Assembly (NCBI GenBank): GCA_012295275.1
Contig: CM022672.1
Location: forward strand, 2,914,001 to 2,978,000
Direction: 5' to 3'
DNA length: 64,000 nucleotides
Source: Chrysomallon squamiferum
Taxonomy: Eukaryota > Animalia > Mollusca
The first letter of the stretch is position 1. Every line of letters starts with the position of its first letter. A program made the translations under genes and the position numbers. The notes beneath the pieces are model-generated. The model made no database searches and had not been told where the DNA came from. It worked only from the letters and a program-made list of their open reading frames with translations. Shown piece by piece: positions 59,732 to 64,000 of this stretch.

Positions 59732-60410
59732 GGCTCTTTAACCCTCTCTTTCTTTTTTCCTTTCTCTCACGTTCTATGGTTTATGTTTGTGTTTTTGCTC
59801 TCACTCCTTTTTCTTTGTCTCTATATCGTTTATCTACAGCTCTCATTCTTCTATCTGTCTGTGTGTGTGTGTGTGTGTCTCAAATAAAGGTCAAAAATAA
59901 TTGCGAGACTGACAAAGCATGTGAAGAAAATGAATATAAACAATCAACTTAATATGTGCAACCTTACGACGCCACTGAATCACCACCATTCTACCGAAAG
60001 GAATACAAAAAAAAACAGTAAAGGTAAAACGTTCGGAGAACTGATTATGACTCATTACAAATTACGCATTCCAGCACCTAGCCTTGAACCAGAGACCTGT
60101 AGAATGAAGACGGATCTAATCACAACGCTGGTGGAAGCGGATTAAGTCGATCTAACACTGAACAGAGGCAGGTGCGTTCATCTGTTAATACGTTTCCCAA
60201 GCCGCGTGAGAAATGTATAAAACCTACAGCGGCAGTTCAGCAGTCCACGCAGCACAATCGATTTTTTGTCCGCCGTAAATTGTGAAAGTACTGACAAACG
60301 CGGAAATACAAGTAGTATATCAACAACACCGAAATGACGACTTACAAATTCAATGTTTCTGTTTCTCGTAGTAATAATGACAAAAAAAAAAAAAATAAAT
60401 AAAAGGAAAG

Positions 60411-60419
60411 ACTTACCTA
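60411..60419 (-). other. Consensus 5' splice donor; possible end of an upstream (5'UTR or first) exon
   Basis: Minus strand GGACTAG|GTAAGTCTTT. No poly-Y tract precedes it, so it is an ordinary donor. Non-repetitive sequence lies upstream (60420-60520). Confidence 0.4.
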
Positions 60420-60894
60420 GTCCAGCCTCTGACGTATTTCGACGGTCCTTCAAAACTTGAGCTTTTCACTTCGTATTTTCTGTTTCTAATAACACTTCGA
60501 AGTTTAGACATTCCGAGTAATATGGGAAATATATATATATATGTGTGTATATATATTTTTTTTCAATATTTATATACTTATATATTTTTAACTACTTGTT
60601 TTCAGAATACACGAGATTCAAATTTTGTCATACTTTCATCTAGAGGCGAAGATTTTTATAAAGTGACATCACCATGCAGATCCTGCAAGAACTGGATAAG
60701 CGATAACCATTCGTTGATTGTCGCGAAGAGCTATGAAAGAGATCAGCCCCTTTGATGACGCACAAGAGCCTTTTGGATCTGCCACGGGAATGGCTGATAA
60801 AAAGTCAATGATTCAAGCGTGCAGTCTATTGAATTGTCATGGAAGGGCGAAAGAAGTGAATGTCTAGAAGAACGGAATGCGTGCTTTGACAAAT

Positions 60895-60928
60895 AGCCAA
60901 TGATGGTGGCTGCCGGGGATATAAAAGT
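60895..60928 (+). promoter_or_regulatory. CCAAT box and TATA-like motif in a GC-richer unique block
   Basis: AGCCAATGA at about 60895 and TATAAAAG at 60920; the spacing is shorter than typical. Confidence 0.25.
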
Positions 60929-63900
60929 AATCTAGTGGAAATCGTGTCTATTTACGTGCCCCTTTTTTATTATCCGTTAGATGGAGCTGTTGCTTCTGCA
61001 ACCGGAAGAATTGTTACGCATTTTCTCTTCTGCGACAGACCTCCGCGTCTGGTCAGATTGTTTGAATGTTGTTAATTATGAATGTGGACATCGGCTTCCT
61101 TGGGGATGCGTACGTTAACGGAGTCTAACTAATGGGCAGTGTTGACTCGTATTTTTTTTTGAACAAAGACAGTTGTAGAGAGATATATCGATATTCTGAT
61201 TTTAAGCAGTAATAAACGATGTGAGGCCAAATTAACAATTACCTGCATTTCACACGTTATCCACTGTTGTTATGCAATATGCGGCATAATTTTCATATTA
61301 ATGTAATATTTTCGTGTTTTTCTTTTGTTGTTTTTTTTGTTTCGTGGAGATGACGGTTATATAATTTTATTTATTTTACGTAGGGATTAATTTTGTTTGT
61401 ATCGTTTTTATTTATTTATTTATTTATATATTCATTTATTATTTATATTTTTGGGTTGTTTGTTTTTCGTTTTGTTTTTGGGAGAAAAAAAAAATGTATT
61501 TACATTTATTTATTATTTCATTTTATTTTTTAGCGTTTTCAATACCTAACTTTTTCCTTTTGTAATTAATTATGATTCGTTTGCTTTGCATTCGACGAGC
61601 AACAGAAAAGATCCAACAGAATATCGATGGTGTCACAGTCCTTTGGAGCAAAACGAAAAGCAAAGCGAAAATAGAATAACTATAATCAAATTAACATCAT
61701 CGATCTGCTTCATTCAACAAGATAAATTCTACAGAAGAATAAGCGAATGAAATAGCGTTAGGGATTTTGTGTGTAAACAACGTAAGACTAAGCCAAACGA
61801 GGCGTAAAAATAGAGTCTGTTTTAACACGAATTTACGTTAAAACGTAAACAAAAATAAAATGAAGTAAAATTGTAATTTACTTTACTAAGACAACTACGT
61901 TGTAGTTTTATATAAATATTTATAATTTTCGAATGTAATAACACATGATGAAATTATATTTAAATGGTTGAAGGGTTTTAAAAGCCAATAATATTTTGTG
62001 TGTTCCAAAACGTGAACGCGATTTGTATTATATTCACTATAAATAATTAATTAACCATTTAAGTCTTTTTTCTGACTTTTACATTTTATTTTGTTTTTCA
62101 TTGGTTTGTCGTAGTTTTGTTGGGGCTTCGGGCTTGTTTTTTAATTAGTTGATTTTATTATCATCATTATCATCATCATCATCATCATTATTATTATTAT
62201 ATTTCTTTACCGAATTTTCCTATAGCCTAAAGATTATATATATATATATAGTTATATAGTCATATAGTTATATTCAAAAACTTTTATAATGAAATTCCTT
62301 TCGTCTTGAAAAGAATATCCACCGCAGTCATGGAATATCCTTTTATTGAAATTCTAAAAATAAATCTTGATTGCTAGGGATAACTGGTAGAGGAAAAGTG
62401 AAAACCAGACATATCCCAATATCCAGTATAAAATATTAAAATAATATCAATACAGGTTTAACAGAAGTGCAGTGAGTCGATACAGCGAATAGTGTTTTCA
62501 TGTTGATGACTGATTGTTAGGTTTCATATTTAATAATGCACATTTGTGTATACTGATTTTAATTATGTTCCGTCTTCAGAAAATAACGAAAATAAATAGT
62601 GTGTATATGTGGATGTGTGTGTGTGTGTTTATGTGCTAAACCATTTTTATGACGGTCCTTATACATACATGAATACATACATATAGACAGACACACACAC
62701 ACAAACACATACAGACATAGATATATTCATAAATACAACAGTATAAACAAAATTAGATACATACGTACATATACGTAGATAAGAAATTTTGACGACCATA
62801 TTTTGAGTATTAAAATATTTTCACTAATGTTCTTATTATTCAGTTCCTGAAAAGGTTACTGCATTTGCAAGATTCCAAGATACTTTGTAGAAATTATGTA
62901 TCTTATTATGTTAATGATATAGAACAACTCACTTAAAATATTAACACAAAAGATAATAAATAATTCATATTCTAATAGCAGTAACGAAAATAATAAGAAG
63001 AAAAGAAGATGAAAGAGGAGAAGAACATGAACAAAAGCAACAAGAACAAGACAAGAAGTAGAGGAGGAATTAGAGGAGAGGGAATTAAAGAAAGCAAATA
63101 ATAAGCTGGAAACATTGTAACAAACTTGCTTTGTTGGATTCCGTTGTTTACTTTCTATACAATTCGCATTAATAGCCAATAAAATAAAGCTGAGATTTGA
63201 ATAAATAGTTTTATAAATTTTAGTGGGTTTTTTGGAAAACAAGTAGTTTAATACTAAATGAAATCACATTAAACGTCTGATTATGTCTTTATTTCTGGAA
63301 ACGATGGACTGAAATAGCGTCTTCTGTGAATAATGATAAAATACCTTTACATTAACACAAGGAAAATAACCCCTAAGCATTGAAGACAAATTATATATTT
63401 GTTTTCATGTTTCTTTAGTTGGTGTTTTTTATACTTTGTTTTTTTTTCTTTCTTTTTTTTTTTTTTTTTTTTTTTTTTTGTTTGTTGTTGTTGTTTTTTT
63501 TATTTTTTTTTTTATTTTAAATTATATGTTATATATAACTGTCGTTTATTTTTGTTATTTTTGTTTTTAATAAATAATTATTCAGGATTTTCGATACCCA
63601 AAGAGTATCTGAATAATAACAAAAACCATAGATTCTTGTATTAAAATAATGAATCATTATTCTACAACAGTGAACACTTTCTAAAATGAAAGTCATGTGT
63701 TATAGCAGATCTTTCATCAACAACTGCGATAATTACTTGCCATACACCATGTTACTTCAAATCACACGTACATTTAAACAAACAGCGCAGGTGACAATGG
63801 TTTCAGATGGTCACAACAGGACGTAACCGTCACAAAGATTTCGATGTCTTGCAGAGAGTAGTCTAACAATGTCTGCTGAAATCTGTTGTCTTTGGAGTAC

Positions 63901-64000
63901 GTGGTAACAGTGTTTATCATCTACAATAGTGTCTCGTTTGAGTTCAGTGAACCTATCCTGATTTATGCGCAAGATTGTTTACACATTAATCCATAATCTA

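Overview
AT-rich eukaryotic (probably molluscan) non-coding DNA dense in microsatellites. No protein-coding, rRNA, tRNA or known miRNA gene could be recognised, and nearly all listed ORFs are translations of simple repeats. The strongest signal is on the minus strand: two near-perfect back-to-back 3'/5' splice sites (poly-Y tract-TTTTCAG|GTAAGT) at 44572/44571 and 18887/18886. They lie 25.7 kb apart, share an identical 18-mer, and are each followed by a cryptic downstream donor 58 or 145 nt away. A consensus donor at 60417 lies 15.8 kb upstream of the first. This is the architecture of recursive splicing (ratchet points with RS-exons) in a giant intron. The window also holds a complete non-autonomous hAT (Charlie-like) element with an 8-bp TSD, two decayed copies of a tRNA-derived SINE, a diverged direct repeat flanking one ratchet point, several minisatellites and an excess of CRE (TGACGTCA) motifs. 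Everything was read by eye; repeat boundaries are approximate.
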